Source of the DNA: an uncultured Gemmatimonadales bacterium
Lineage (GTDB): Bacteria > Gemmatimonadota > Gemmatimonadetes > Longimicrobiales > RSA9
DNA: 64,000 nt
Direction: 5' to 3'
Assembly: GCA_963708135.1 (NCBI GenBank)
Contig: OY970192.1
Coordinates: 2,464,001 to 2,528,000 of the forward strand
Shown: positions 9,843 to 19,193 of the stretch, piece after piece
How positions within the stretch are numbered: position 1 is the first letter of the stretch
Layout of the letters: the number at the start of each line of letters is the position of its first letter
Position numbers and translations under genes: made by a program
The notes under the pieces: generated by a model
Database searches by the model: none
What the model was told of the DNA's origin: nothing
What the model saw: only the letters and a program-made list of their open reading frames with translations

Positions 9843-10223
9843 ATGCGCAGGATCGTCCGCGTCGCCCTGCTCGCCGCCGCCGCGGCCGGCATGTCCGCCT
9901 GCAAGGACCTGGGACTGCGCCACGCAAGGGACCTGCCGTACGACCAGGCCGAGAACGCGCCCACGCCGCAGTGGGCCTACCAGGCAGCGGATCCGAAGAA
10001 CCCGAAGCCGTACGAAGCCCACACCGACAAGCGCTTCAGCTACGCCGGCCGCACGTGGGTGGTGGCGTTCCCGCGCTACGCGCTGCCGGCCGGCTCCATG
10101 CGCAGCGTCGGCACCGTGGACGGCCTGCAGGTCAGCGCCCTCGCCTGGGACGACGCGCCCTACGACCAGCTGTTCGTGCCGGCGGGCGGCGGAAGCTGGC
10201 AGGCGGCGGAGCCGGTGTACTAG
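9843..10223 (+). CDS. Hypothetical lipoprotein
   Basis: MRRIVRVALLAAAAAGMSAC lipobox; GGAGG RBS. Confidence 0.75.
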   Translation: MRRIVRVALLAAAAAGMSACKDLGLRHARDLPYDQAENAPTPQWAYQAADPKNPKPYEAHTDKRFSYAGRTWVVAFPRYALPAGSMRSVGTVDGLQVSALAWDDAPYDQLFVPAGGGSWQAAEPVY

Positions 10224-10247
10224 GGATTCGGGATTCGGGATGCGGAG

Positions 10248-10274
10248 GCGGGCCCGCTCGGCGAGCGGGCCCGC
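10248..10274. terminator. Perfect 12-bp hairpin between convergent genes (bidirectional terminator or REP-like)
   Basis: GCGGGCCCGCTC-GGC-GAGCGGGCCCGC, preceded by GGGATTC heptamer repeats; no U-tract. Confidence 0.55.
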
Positions 10275-10280
10275 GGTGCA

Positions 10281-10700
10281 TCAGCCGGGGGCGTCGGGCT
10301 CCGGCGGCGGCGCCTGCTTCGCGGTATCCGCCTGCTTGGCGGCGGGCGTGACGTCCCCGGCGGGCGGCCGGTCCTGCGGGGGCGCTTCGCGCGTGGAATC
10401 GGCGGGCGGCGTGATCGGGCCGGGCTCGCTCGGCGGCGGCGAGCGTCGCCCACCCACCGACTTTCCCACTCCCCCACCCGGGGCGGAGGGCGGCGGCGGG
10501 GCCGCCGGTGGCGCATCGTCGCGGGCCAGCACGCGCCAGATGCCGATGCCGCCGAGAAGCGCGCCGGCGAGCACGAGGGCGGGGAGGAGCGGGTTGCCGG
10601 CGCCGCTCAGCAGCCTGCTGACGGCGGCCAGCACGAAGACGACGGTGAAGACCGTCCAGACGATCGCGCCTATGCGGGGGCGCCACGCCGTTCCACTCAT
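10281..10700 (-). CDS. Small two-TM membrane protein with a Pro-rich tail
   Basis: Two hydrophobic segments; starts 4 bp after the asparaginase stop. Confidence 0.6.
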   Translation of the reverse strand: MSGTAWRPRIGAIVWTVFTVVFVLAAVSRLLSGAGNPLLPALVLAGALLGGIGIWRVLARDDAPPAAPPPPSAPGGGVGKSVGGRRSPPPSEPGPITPPADSTREAPPQDRPPAGDVTPAAKQADTAKQAPPPEPDAPG

Positions 10701-10704
10701 CCGC

Positions 10705-11829
10705 TCAGTCCGTTTCCTTCCCCTGGAGCAGCGGCTCGCACGGCTCGAGGCGCGCGCCGCTCTCGTCGGCCACGGCATAGCGCTGGCCCGGGTACATGGC
10801 CACGCCGGCGTGCTCGCCGGCCCTGGTCAGGATATAGAAGTTGAGCCCGAAGTTCGGCAGCCCGCGCGCGTTCAGCAGCCGCTTCTCGACGGTGTTGCGC
10901 TGGACCCGCCGCAGCGCATCGAGCCCGGCGTCCTTGGGGTGCATCCCGCGGCGGAGGTTTTCGACGATGAGGAACGAGCACAGGTTGTAGAGGTTCGCCT
11001 CGCCCCGCCCCGTGGAGCCGGCCGCGCCCACGTCGTTGTCGACGTAGAGGCCGGCGCCGAGGATCGGCGAGTCGCCCACGCGGCCCGGGATCTTGAAGGC
11101 CAGCCCGCTCGTCGTGGTGACGCCGCACACGTCGCCTGTGGCGTTCACGCCGTCGCAGTTGATGGTGCCGTAGTAGTGGTCGGCGTCGATCAGCCCCTCG
11201 CGGATCATCTCGAGCCCGACCCGCCGGCCGGCCTCCTCGCGCTCCTTCGGGTTTGGGTAGCTGTCCGGGTTCGTACGCCGCTTCCACTCGAGCCAGAGCC
11301 GGCGCGAGAGGTCGGTATTCAGGTCGTCCTCGATGGTGTAGCCCATCATGCGCGCGAAGTGCTGCGCCCCGGCGCCCGCGAGCAGCAGGTTGTCGGTCTC
11401 GTTCATGACGTCGCGCGCCACGTGCGAGGGGGTGCGCACGCCCTCCAGCGCGGCCACGCCGCCCGCCCGCCTCCTCGGCCCGTGCATGCAGCAGGCGTCC
11501 AGCTGCACCACGCCGTCCGCGTTCGGCAGCCCGCCGTAGCCGACGTAGGGGTCCGCCGGGTCCAGCTCCACGATGCTCACGCCCGCGATGAGAGCGTCCA
11601 GCACATCCGCCCCGCCCGAGATCATCGCAAACGCCTTCTCCACGCACGTGTGCCCATCGGCATCCTTCGAATCCATGCCGTTCGCCGCGGCAATCACCAC
11701 CGGCCGCGACGCCGACCGACGGTGGACCGTCGGCGCGGGAAACGCCAGGGCCGCCCCCGGCGCGGCGGCGGCGAGGCCGGCGACGGCGCCGGCCGCCACG
11801 AACTCGCGGCGGTTCATCCTCCGTTCCAT
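10705..11829 (-). CDS. N(4)-(beta-N-acetylglucosaminyl)-L-asparaginase / type 2 asparaginase (Ntn hydrolase), Tat-exported
   Basis: NRREFV Tat motif; VGYGGLPN, GTI nucleophile, TTSGLAFKIPGRVGDSPILGAG, STGRGE. Confidence 0.9.
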   Translation of the reverse strand: MERRMNRREFVAAGAVAGLAAAAPGAALAFPAPTVHRRSASRPVVIAAANGMDSKDADGHTCVEKAFAMISGGADVLDALIAGVSIVELDPADPYVGYGGLPNADGVVQLDACCMHGPRRRAGGVAALEGVRTPSHVARDVMNETDNLLLAGAGAQHFARMMGYTIEDDLNTDLSRRLWLEWKRRTNPDSYPNPKEREEAGRRVGLEMIREGLIDADHYYGTINCDGVNATGDVCGVTTTSGLAFKIPGRVGDSPILGAGLYVDNDVGAAGSTGRGEANLYNLCSFLIVENLRRGMHPKDAGLDALRRVQRNTVEKRLLNARGLPNFGLNFYILTRAGEHAGVAMYPGQRYAVADESGARLEPCEPLLQGKETD

Positions 11830-12060
11830 GCTTCCTCCCGGACGTGGCGGGCTACGGCTGGAGAGGGAATGCGACGGGGTCCATTTTCCCCTCTCCCGCC
11901 CCGCCCGTCAAGCCGCCGCGCTGCGCCGACGATCTGCTTGACCACCCAGCCCGCAGCGACTACCATCCCGTCTTTCGGAATCCGGGCGGACCGTAACGGC
12001 GCGACGCACCCGCGGGTGCGCGCGCCTTGTGTCTTGTATCACCCACGCCCCAGGGAGCGA

Positions 12061-14526
12061 ATGACCCTGCCCCGCAGCGACGGCTCCGGCTCCCTCGAGG
12101 TGACCGACCCCGGTGCCGGCGCGATGCCCCGGTCCCGGCCGGGAGCCGGCGCTGCGATGGTGCCGCCCCGCCCCTCCACCCGGCCCCGGCTCGCCGCAGG
12201 CATACGGCGCGTCGCGCGCGAGGGCGCCAGCACGACCCTGGCCCGGTACGCCGTCGCGGTGCTCGCCACGGCCCTCGCCGCCGGCGTGAGCTGGCTGGGG
12301 CGCGGGGCGCTCGCGCCCACGCCGTTCCTGCTTCTCTTCCCGGCCGTGACCGTGGCCGCGTGGGCCGGCGGCGTCGGGCCGGGGCTGCTCGCGGCGCTCC
12401 TCTGCGTGCTCTCGGCGGACTACCTCTTCCTCCCCCCGATCGGCGCCTTCGAGCTCCACTGGCTGGATGACGCCCTGCGGCTCGCCGTCTTCCTCGCCGT
12501 GGCCATGCTCGTGGGCGCCCTGACCGGCTCGGCGTCGCGCGCGCGCCGGGAGGCCGAGGCCCGCGAGGAGGACGCCCGCCGCTACGCGGCGGAGCTCGAG
12601 CAGCAAGGCGCGGAGCTGGAGCAGCAGATGGAGGAGTCGCAGACCCTGCTCGAGGAGGTCGAGGAGCAGCGGACGCTGCTCGAGGCGGCGAACGCGGTGG
12701 CCGAGGCCGAGCGGGAGCGCATGCTCTTCATGCTCCAGGCGAGCCGCACGCTCGCCGGCTCTCTCGACTACGCCGCCACCCTGGCCGCCGTCGCCGCCGC
12801 GGCGGTGCCCGGCTTCGCCGACTGGTGCGCCGTGGACGTGCTTCCCGACCCCGAATCGGCCGAATGGCCGCCGCGCCTCGAGCGCCTGGCCGTCGCCCAC
12901 AGGGATCCGGCGAAGGAGCAGGTCGCGGAGTCGCTCAGGCGCCACAGCGCCACCGACTGGGACGCGCCGACCGGACTGTCGCACGTGCTGCGGACGGGCG
13001 AGGCCGAGTACTGGCCCGAGGTCACGGACAGCGTGCTCCGCTCCGTCGCGAGCGACGAGGCGCACCTCGAGCTTCTGCGCGAGATCGGCTTCGCGTCCGT
13101 GATCATCGCGCCGCTCAGCGCGCGCGGCGTGACCCTCGGCGCCCTCACGCTCGTCATGGCCGAGTCCGAGCGGCGCTTCGACCGGGACGACCTCGCCCTC
13201 GCGCAGGAGCTCGCCGCCCGCGCCGCCACGGCCATCGACAACGCCCGCCTCTTCGCCCGCGCCCGCGAAGCCCGCGCCGCGGCCGAGCAGCTGGCCGAGC
13301 GCCACTCGCACCTGCACCGCATCGCGGCCGCGCTCTCCAGCGCCACCACCCCCGCCCGCGTGGCGCAGCTGGTCATCGAGGAGGGCATGGAGGCCAAGGG
13401 CGCCGCGGCCGCCACCGTCCTCGTCGTGGACGCCGCGCGGACGGCGTTCAGTCCCCTGGCCCGCACCGGCTTCGGCCGCGCGGTCGCCGAACGCTACGCG
13501 AGCTTCCCGCTCCGCGCCGGCGGCCCCGCCTCCGACGCCGTGCTCGAGGACCGTCCGGTGCTCGTAGAATCGCTGGAGCGGGCGCGCGCGGCGGGCTACG
13601 AGGAGCTCGCGGCATCTCTGGAGGCGGACGGCCACGGCTCCTTCGCGGCCGTGCCGATCCACCTCGAGGGCGGCGTGCTCGGCGCGCTGGCCTTCAGCTT
13701 TCCGGGTCCGCGCGTCTTCGACGACGCCGCGGTCACGTTCATGCGCACCCTGGCCGACCTGTGCGGCGCGACGCTCGAGCGCGCCCGCCTCTACGAGCGC
13801 GCCCAGGCCGCGCGCGCGGAGGCCGAGGAGGCCAACCGCGCCAAGGCCCAGTTCCTGACCGTGATGTCCCACGAGCTGCGCACGCCGCTGAACGCCATCA
13901 CCGGCTACACGCAGATCCTCGAGCTGGGCGTGCACGGTCCCACCACGGAGAAGCAGCGCCAGTCACTGGCCCGCATCCACGCGAGCGCTCGCCTCCAGCT
14001 CAACCTCATCAACCAGGTGCTGAACTTCGCCAAGGTCGAGGCCGGCCACCTGGAGGCCATCGCCGAGCCGACCGCCCTCGTGCCGCTGCTGGAGGAGATG
14101 GGCGAGCTGGTCCAGCCCCAGATCGAGGAGCGCGCCCAGCGCTATACCCTCGAGCCCTGCCCCGGCGACCCCGTCATCCGCACCGACGGCGAGAAGCTCC
14201 GCCAGGTGCTGCTCAACCTCCTCACGAACGCCAGCAAGTTCACCCCCACGGGCGGCGAGATCCGGCTCGCTTGCGAGGCCGGCCCCGACCAGCTCCGCAT
14301 CCACGTCGACGATTCCGGGCCCGGCATCCCGCCCGGCCAGCGCGACCGCGTCTTCGAGCCCTTCATCCAGCTTGGCCGCAATCTCACCAGCGCCCATCAG
14401 GGCACCGGCCTCGGCCTCTCCATCAGCCGCGACCTCGCCCGTCTCCTTGGCGGCGACCTCCGGGTGGCGGACCGGCCGGACGGCCCCGGCGCCCGCTTCA
14501 CGATCGAGCTGAACGCCGGGGAATAG
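12061..14526 (+). CDS. Sensor histidine kinase (DUF4118 membrane domain, two GAF domains, HisKA, HATPase)
   Basis: MSHELRTPLNAI H-box, NLLTNASKFT, DSGPGI, GTGLGLSI; N-terminal TM bundle. Start uncertain. Confidence 0.92.
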   Translation: MTLPRSDGSGSLEVTDPGAGAMPRSRPGAGAAMVPPRPSTRPRLAAGIRRVAREGASTTLARYAVAVLATALAAGVSWLGRGALAPTPFLLLFPAVTVAAWAGGVGPGLLAALLCVLSADYLFLPPIGAFELHWLDDALRLAVFLAVAMLVGALTGSASRARREAEAREEDARRYAAELEQQGAELEQQMEESQTLLEEVEEQRTLLEAANAVAEAERERMLFMLQASRTLAGSLDYAATLAAVAAAAVPGFADWCAVDVLPDPESAEWPPRLERLAVAHRDPAKEQVAESLRRHSATDWDAPTGLSHVLRTGEAEYWPEVTDSVLRSVASDEAHLELLREIGFASVIIAPLSARGVTLGALTLVMAESERRFDRDDLALAQELAARAATAIDNARLFARAREARAAAEQLAERHSHLHRIAAALSSATTPARVAQLVIEEGMEAKGAAAATVLVVDAARTAFSPLARTGFGRAVAERYASFPLRAGGPASDAVLEDRPVLVESLERARAAGYEELAASLEADGHGSFAAVPIHLEGGVLGALAFSFPGPRVFDDAAVTFMRTLADLCGATLERARLYERAQAARAEAEEANRAKAQFLTVMSHELRTPLNAITGYTQILELGVHGPTTEKQRQSLARIHASARLQLNLINQVLNFAKVEAGHLEAIAEPTALVPLLEEMGELVQPQIEERAQRYTLEPCPGDPVIRTDGEKLRQVLLNLLTNASKFTPTGGEIRLACEAGPDQLRIHVDDSGPGIPPGQRDRVFEPFIQLGRNLTSAHQGTGLGLSISRDLARLLGGDLRVADRPDGPGARFTIELNAGE

Positions 14527-14562
14527 AGGCGCGCGGTCGGGGGCGCCGGGCGGTCGCCCGCG

Positions 14563-17001
14563 CTACTCCTGCCGGAGTGCCTCCACGGGGTCCACGCGCA
14601 TCGCGCGCAGCGCGGGGACGAGGGTGGCCAGGAGCGCGGCGGCGGCGAGCGTGGCGGAGACCGCCACGAAGGTGACGGGATCCGTCGCCGGGACGGCGAA
14701 GAGCTGGCTGGCGATGAGGCGGGTCAGCCCGAAGGCGCCGGCGAGCCCGATGGCCAGCCCCACGAGGGTGATCGCGGCGCCCTCGCGCAGCACGAGGCCG
14801 AGCACCCGGCCCGGCGCCGCGCCGAGCGCGATCCGGATCCCGAGCTCGCGCGAGCGCTGCGTCACCATGTGCGACATGATGCCGTAGATCCCGAGGCCGG
14901 CCAGGCCGAGCGCGAGGCCGGCGAAGAGGCCGAGCAGCACGGTGGTCAGGCGCCGCTGCCCGAGCGACTCGGCGATCATTGCGTCCATCGTGTTCACGTC
15001 CGAGATCGGCTGCGCCGGATCGATGTCCTCGATCGCCCGGCGCACCGTGGCCGTCATGCGCAGCGGATCGCCGGCGGTGCGCACGGCGAACGTCTCGAAG
15101 GGCAGCCCGCCGAAAGCCGCGGCCGCCTCGGCGGGCGGGAAGTAGAGCTGGACCCTGTGCTCCGCGGTGAGCCCCTCCTGCGCGGCGTGGGCCACCACCC
15201 CCACGACCGTGATCCAGTGGGCCGAGTCGGAGGGCGAGTCGAACGTGATCCGCTTACCGACCGGATCGTCGCCCGGCCAGTAGCGCCGCGCCATCTCCTG
15301 GTCCACCACGACCACCGGCGCCGCGCCGGCCCGGTCCTGCGTGCCGATGAAGCGGCCGCGGATGAGCGGGAGCCGCATGGCGCGGGCGAAGCCCGTGCTG
15401 GCCACGCGGATGTCGCCCCACGGGCCCGGCTGTCCCGGGGGCGGGGTGTAGCCCTCCACGGTGAAGCTGCCGGTGGACCAGCCGCCGCTGAACGGCAGGT
15501 TCGAGGTCATTCCCACGGCGACGACGCCCGGCGTGCTGCGCAGCCGCTCGAGGGTCCGGTCCCAGAACGCGATCTGTGCGGTATCCAATGGGTAGCCCGC
15601 CTTCGGCAGCGCGATGCTGAACGTCAGCAGGTGGTGCGGATCGAAGCCCGGGTCCACCCCCTGGATGCGCGCGAAGCTGCGCACCAGCAGCCCCGCCCCG
15701 GCGAGCAGCGTGAGCGCCAGCGCGACCTCGCCCACCACCAGCGCCCGCCGCAGCCTCCGCCCCGCCCGCTCGGACGAGCCGCGCTGCCCCTCCCGCAGCG
15801 TCTCCTGCACATCGGTCCGCGAGGTCTGCAGCGCCGGCGCCAGCCCGAAGAGCAGCCCCGTCGCCACGGCCACGAGCAGCGTGAAGCCGAGGACTCTGCC
15901 GCTCACGTGGATGTCCATCCCCGCCACGGCCGCGGGACCGAGCGCCGTGATCGCGTGCAGCCCCCACGAGGCCAGCAGCAGCCCGAGCCCGGCGCCCGCC
16001 AGCGAGAGCAGCAGGCTTTCCGTCATGAGCTGCCGGATGAGCGCGCGGCGCGACGCCCCCATGGCCGTCCGCACCGCGATCTCCCGGGCGCGTCCCGAGG
16101 CCCGCGCCAGCAGCAGGTTGGCCACGTTCGCGCACGCGATGAGCAGCACGAACCCCACGGCGCCGAGCAGCACCAGCAGCGCGCCGCGCACGTCGCCCTT
16201 GGCCTTCTCGTCCAGGGTCGTGACCAGCAGCCCCCATTTCGGCGGGTAGGTGCCGGGATTGTCCCGCTTGAGCCGCTCGGCGAAGGCGGCCATCTCGCGC
16301 CGGGCCTGCGCCACGCTCACGCCGGGCTTGAGCCGTGCCGAGAGGCTCAGGAACTCGTTCGTGGCGCCCGCCGCGTACTGCTTCGGCGTCAGCGCGACGG
16401 GCCGCCAGAGCTCCGCCCGCCGGTTGAAGAAGCCGTGGAACCCGCGCGGCATCACGCCGATCACCGTGTACGGCGCTCCGTCCAGGCGGATCGTCCGCCC
16501 CACGATCCCCGCATCGGCGCCGAAGCGGCGCCGCCAGAGGCCGTCGCTCAGCACCACGACCTGGTTGTTGCCGGGCTCGTCCTCCGCCGCGGTCCACGTG
16601 CGCCCGAGCGCCGGCGCGATCCCCAGCACCTCGAAGAAGCGCGCCGAGCCCTGTGCGCCGAGCAGCCGCTCCGGCTCGCCGGCGCCCGTGAGGTTCGGTT
16701 GCCAGCCGGTTGACACCGCCACCGACTCGAAGCTGCGCGTATCGTCCCGGTAGTGCCGGAACCCGCTGGCCGAGACCGGCGCCTTCAGGTCGTTCAGCGA
16801 CGGATAGTGGTGCTCGATCGTCACCAGCCGGCCGGGGTCGCGGTACGGCAGCGGCCGCAGGATCAGCGCGTCCACCACGCTGAAGATGGCGGTGTTCGCG
16901 CCGATCCCGAGCGCCAGCGTGAGCACCACGATGAGCGAGAATCCCGGCGCCTTCCTGGTGCGTCGCGCCGCATAACGGAGGTCGTAGAGCAGCGTGTCCA
17001 T
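14563..17001 (-). CDS. ADOP-type duplicated ABC/MacB-FtsX permease
   Basis: DLRYAAR..PGF..LALGIGANTAIFSVV, LLIACANVANLLLAR, RAMRVDPVEALR. Confidence 0.93.
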   Translation of the reverse strand: MDTLLYDLRYAARRTRKAPGFSLIVVLTLALGIGANTAIFSVVDALILRPLPYRDPGRLVTIEHHYPSLNDLKAPVSASGFRHYRDDTRSFESVAVSTGWQPNLTGAGEPERLLGAQGSARFFEVLGIAPALGRTWTAAEDEPGNNQVVVLSDGLWRRRFGADAGIVGRTIRLDGAPYTVIGVMPRGFHGFFNRRAELWRPVALTPKQYAAGATNEFLSLSARLKPGVSVAQARREMAAFAERLKRDNPGTYPPKWGLLVTTLDEKAKGDVRGALLVLLGAVGFVLLIACANVANLLLARASGRAREIAVRTAMGASRRALIRQLMTESLLLSLAGAGLGLLLASWGLHAITALGPAAVAGMDIHVSGRVLGFTLLVAVATGLLFGLAPALQTSRTDVQETLREGQRGSSERAGRRLRRALVVGEVALALTLLAGAGLLVRSFARIQGVDPGFDPHHLLTFSIALPKAGYPLDTAQIAFWDRTLERLRSTPGVVAVGMTSNLPFSGGWSTGSFTVEGYTPPPGQPGPWGDIRVASTGFARAMRLPLIRGRFIGTQDRAGAAPVVVVDQEMARRYWPGDDPVGKRITFDSPSDSAHWITVVGVVAHAAQEGLTAEHRVQLYFPPAEAAAAFGGLPFETFAVRTAGDPLRMTATVRRAIEDIDPAQPISDVNTMDAMIAESLGQRRLTTVLLGLFAGLALGLAGLGIYGIMSHMVTQRSRELGIRIALGAAPGRVLGLVLREGAAITLVGLAIGLAGAFGLTRLIASQLFAVPATDPVTFVAVSATLAAAALLATLVPALRAMRVDPVEALRQE

Positions 17002-17191
17002 GGGCGTGCCGGGCAAGAGGAGAGCGGGAGTCGTCGCTCCTCGCTGGCGAGGCGTGTGCCAGGCTGCAAGATGCTGGGTTGGAAGGACTCGGAGGCCAGG
17101 AGAGCGAGCAGGGCTGCGCGCGGGCGGACACCGCCGTCCCGGATCCGGACGCGACGCCGGGCCGCCCCGCGCGCGGGATCCGGCGGTCCAC

Positions 17192-18391
17192 CTAGGCCCG
17201 CAGCGCCTCGATCCGGTCGATCACGTGCTCGGCGAACGGGAGGGCGGACGTGAACGCGGGCGAGACCGCGTTCAATATGTGAAAGGAGTGGTCGTCGCCT
17301 TCGTAGCGGAAGTCCATCTCCAGCCGGCCCGTGCGGGTGTCCAGCAGCTGCGCGCGGATCCCCGGCCGCCCCCACCTCGGATAGTCCGCCGCGTGGACGC
17401 CCCGGACCAGCTCGCCGGCCTCGCGGACGAGCCGCCGCCGGAACTGTTTCCTGAGCTCCTGGAGCGCGATGCGCCGGAAGCCGAAGCGGTCGGTGAGGAA
17501 CAGCAGCGCGTCGCGCCCGGCCACCTCCACCAGCTCGCGCGCCCGGAAGCGGGCCAGACCGCCGTAGTGCTCGCGCCAGAACGCCGGCGTGGCCGTCGGC
17601 CCGATCTTGGCCGCACCCTCGACCGTGACCGTCCAGTGCACCCCCAGCCAGGGGTTGCCCAGGTTCGGGACCGGGTAGATGTGCGTCCGCAGCGTGGCCG
17701 CTCCGGGGCGGGAATGGAGGTAGAGGCCGCGGAACGGCAGGATCGTGAGGTCGCGCGAGAAGCCCCAGCCGCGCGCGATCCGGTCCGCGTACAGCCCGGC
17801 CGCGTTGATCACGTAGCCGGGCTCGAGGTCCCCCCCGCTCGTGCGCACCCGGCCGCCCGCCCTCCCCGTGTACGCAGTCCCGAGCCGCACATCGATCCCG
17901 GCCGCGCGCGCGTCCGCCAGCAACGCGCCCACCACCCGCCCCGGATCCACGGACGAGGTCGTCGGCGACCACAGCGCCCGCCCCGCCGTCCGCACGCGCG
18001 GCTCGATCTCGCGCGCCTCCGCCTCGTCCACCCCGGCGAGCTCCACGCCGTTCGCCTTCCCCCGCCGCAGCAGCTCGTCCAGCCCCGCGTGCTCCGTCTC
18101 GTCCCGCGCCACCACCAGCTTGCCGCAACGCCGGATCGGCAGCCCCCGCTCCACGCAGTACTCCGTCAGGCGACGATTGCCTTCCCGGCACAACCTCGCC
18201 TTCAGGCTCTCCGCCGTGTAATAGAATCCCGCGTGCAGCACCCCGCTGTTCCGGCCGCTCGCGTGCAGCCCGCACCCGGCCTCCTTCTCGAGCACCACGA
18301 TGCGCGCCGCCCCCATCCGGCGTCGCGCCTCCAGCGCCACGGCAAGGCCGACGATGCCGCCCCCGATCACCAGGATGTCAGGTCGTTCCAT
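17192..18391 (-). CDS. lhgO: L-2-hydroxyglutarate oxidase family FAD oxidoreductase
   Basis: GGGIVG, HASGRNSGVLHAGFYY..SLKA, INAAGLYADRIA, IYPVP, NAVSPAFTS. Confidence 0.88.
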   Translation of the reverse strand: MERPDILVIGGGIVGLAVALEARRRMGAARIVVLEKEAGCGLHASGRNSGVLHAGFYYTAESLKARLCREGNRRLTEYCVERGLPIRRCGKLVVARDETEHAGLDELLRRGKANGVELAGVDEAEAREIEPRVRTAGRALWSPTTSSVDPGRVVGALLADARAAGIDVRLGTAYTGRAGGRVRTSGGDLEPGYVINAAGLYADRIARGWGFSRDLTILPFRGLYLHSRPGAATLRTHIYPVPNLGNPWLGVHWTVTVEGAAKIGPTATPAFWREHYGGLARFRARELVEVAGRDALLFLTDRFGFRRIALQELRKQFRRRLVREAGELVRGVHAADYPRWGRPGIRAQLLDTRTGRLEMDFRYEGDDHSFHILNAVSPAFTSALPFAEHVIDRIEALRA

Positions 18392-18402
18392 GGCTCGAAA
18401 AC

Positions 18403-18460
18403 AGGGTGGGGGTGGGGGTATGGGTGGGGGAGAGGGTGGGGGGGAGGGCGGGGGCGGGGG
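18403..18460 (+). repeat. G-run-rich hexamer tract directly upstream of lhgO
   Basis: GGGTGGGGGTGGGGGTATGGGTGGGGGAGAGGGTGGGGGGAGGGCGGGGGCGGGGG. Confidence 0.75.
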
Positions 18461-18530
18461 AACCGGGGGACTCGCCGTGTCCCTGCAGAGGCGCCACCCC
18501 GACTCTCCCTGCCCCCCGGTTCGAAGAGGT

Positions 18531-18938
18531 TTACCCCTCGTTCTTGTTCATGACCACCTTGGTCGGTGTGGCCGGCTTCAGGTCCACCTGGTGGTGGATC
18601 GGCGCCGGCTGGTCGGGGACCTTCCCCAGGATCTCGAAGCTGTCAGAGCCGTGGTTCGGGATCGTGAACCGCACCGTCCCGCCCGGTGGTACCGGGCCGA
18701 GCGCCGTCACCACGCCGCCCGTGTTGTACGACACGTCCATCGTCTGGTCCGTCGGGTTCACCACGTCCACGACGAACGCCGCGCCCGCGGATGCCGGCGC
18801 CTGGCTCGCGCTCGGCAGGTTGCTGTTCGACGGCATGTGCGCACAGCCCGCGAACGCCCACGTCATCGCGCCGACCGCGACGAGCAGCGTCAACAGCGCG
18901 GCCAGCCGAGGCCGCCGTGAGTTCTCCGTCTTTCGCAT
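18531..18938 (-). CDS. Hypothetical lipoprotein
   Basis: AGAGGAG RBS; hydrophobic stretch ending FAGC; small beta-rich domain. Confidence 0.7.
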   Translation of the reverse strand: MRKTENSRRPRLAALLTLLVAVGAMTWAFAGCAHMPSNSNLPSASQAPASAGAAFVVDVVNPTDQTMDVSYNTGGVVTALGPVPPGGTVRFTIPNHGSDSFEILGKVPDQPAPIHHQVDLKPATPTKVVMNKNEG

Positions 18939-19150
18939 GATCGCTCCTCTGTTGTGCCCCCTCCGGAACGATCGGCTGCACGTTCCATGCGAAGCACCGA
19001 CGCGCCGCACCCGTCTCTGGCTCAGCCTGCCGGAATCGCCCGCATGTGTGCCTCGTTCCTTCCGCCATCCCGCCCCCGCCCCCGCCGTCGCCTGCGCGCC
19101 CCGCGCACCGCGTTCGGGCCGGGCGAGCGGCGGCGCGCCGGAAAGGGTGC

Positions 19151-19182
19151 CCCGTCTCCCACTCTCCCACTCCCCCACTCCC
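19151..19182. repeat. Dispersed repeat family A copy
   Basis: CCCGTCTCCCACTCTCCCACTCCCCCACTCCC, just past the S9 peptidase stop. Confidence 0.85.
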
Positions 19183-19193
19183 GCGGCAAGCGC

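Noticed and set aside
9658..12060. 800-aa N-terminal extension of the histidine kinase
   Set aside because: Overlaps three better-supported genes; the real start is near 12061 or later.
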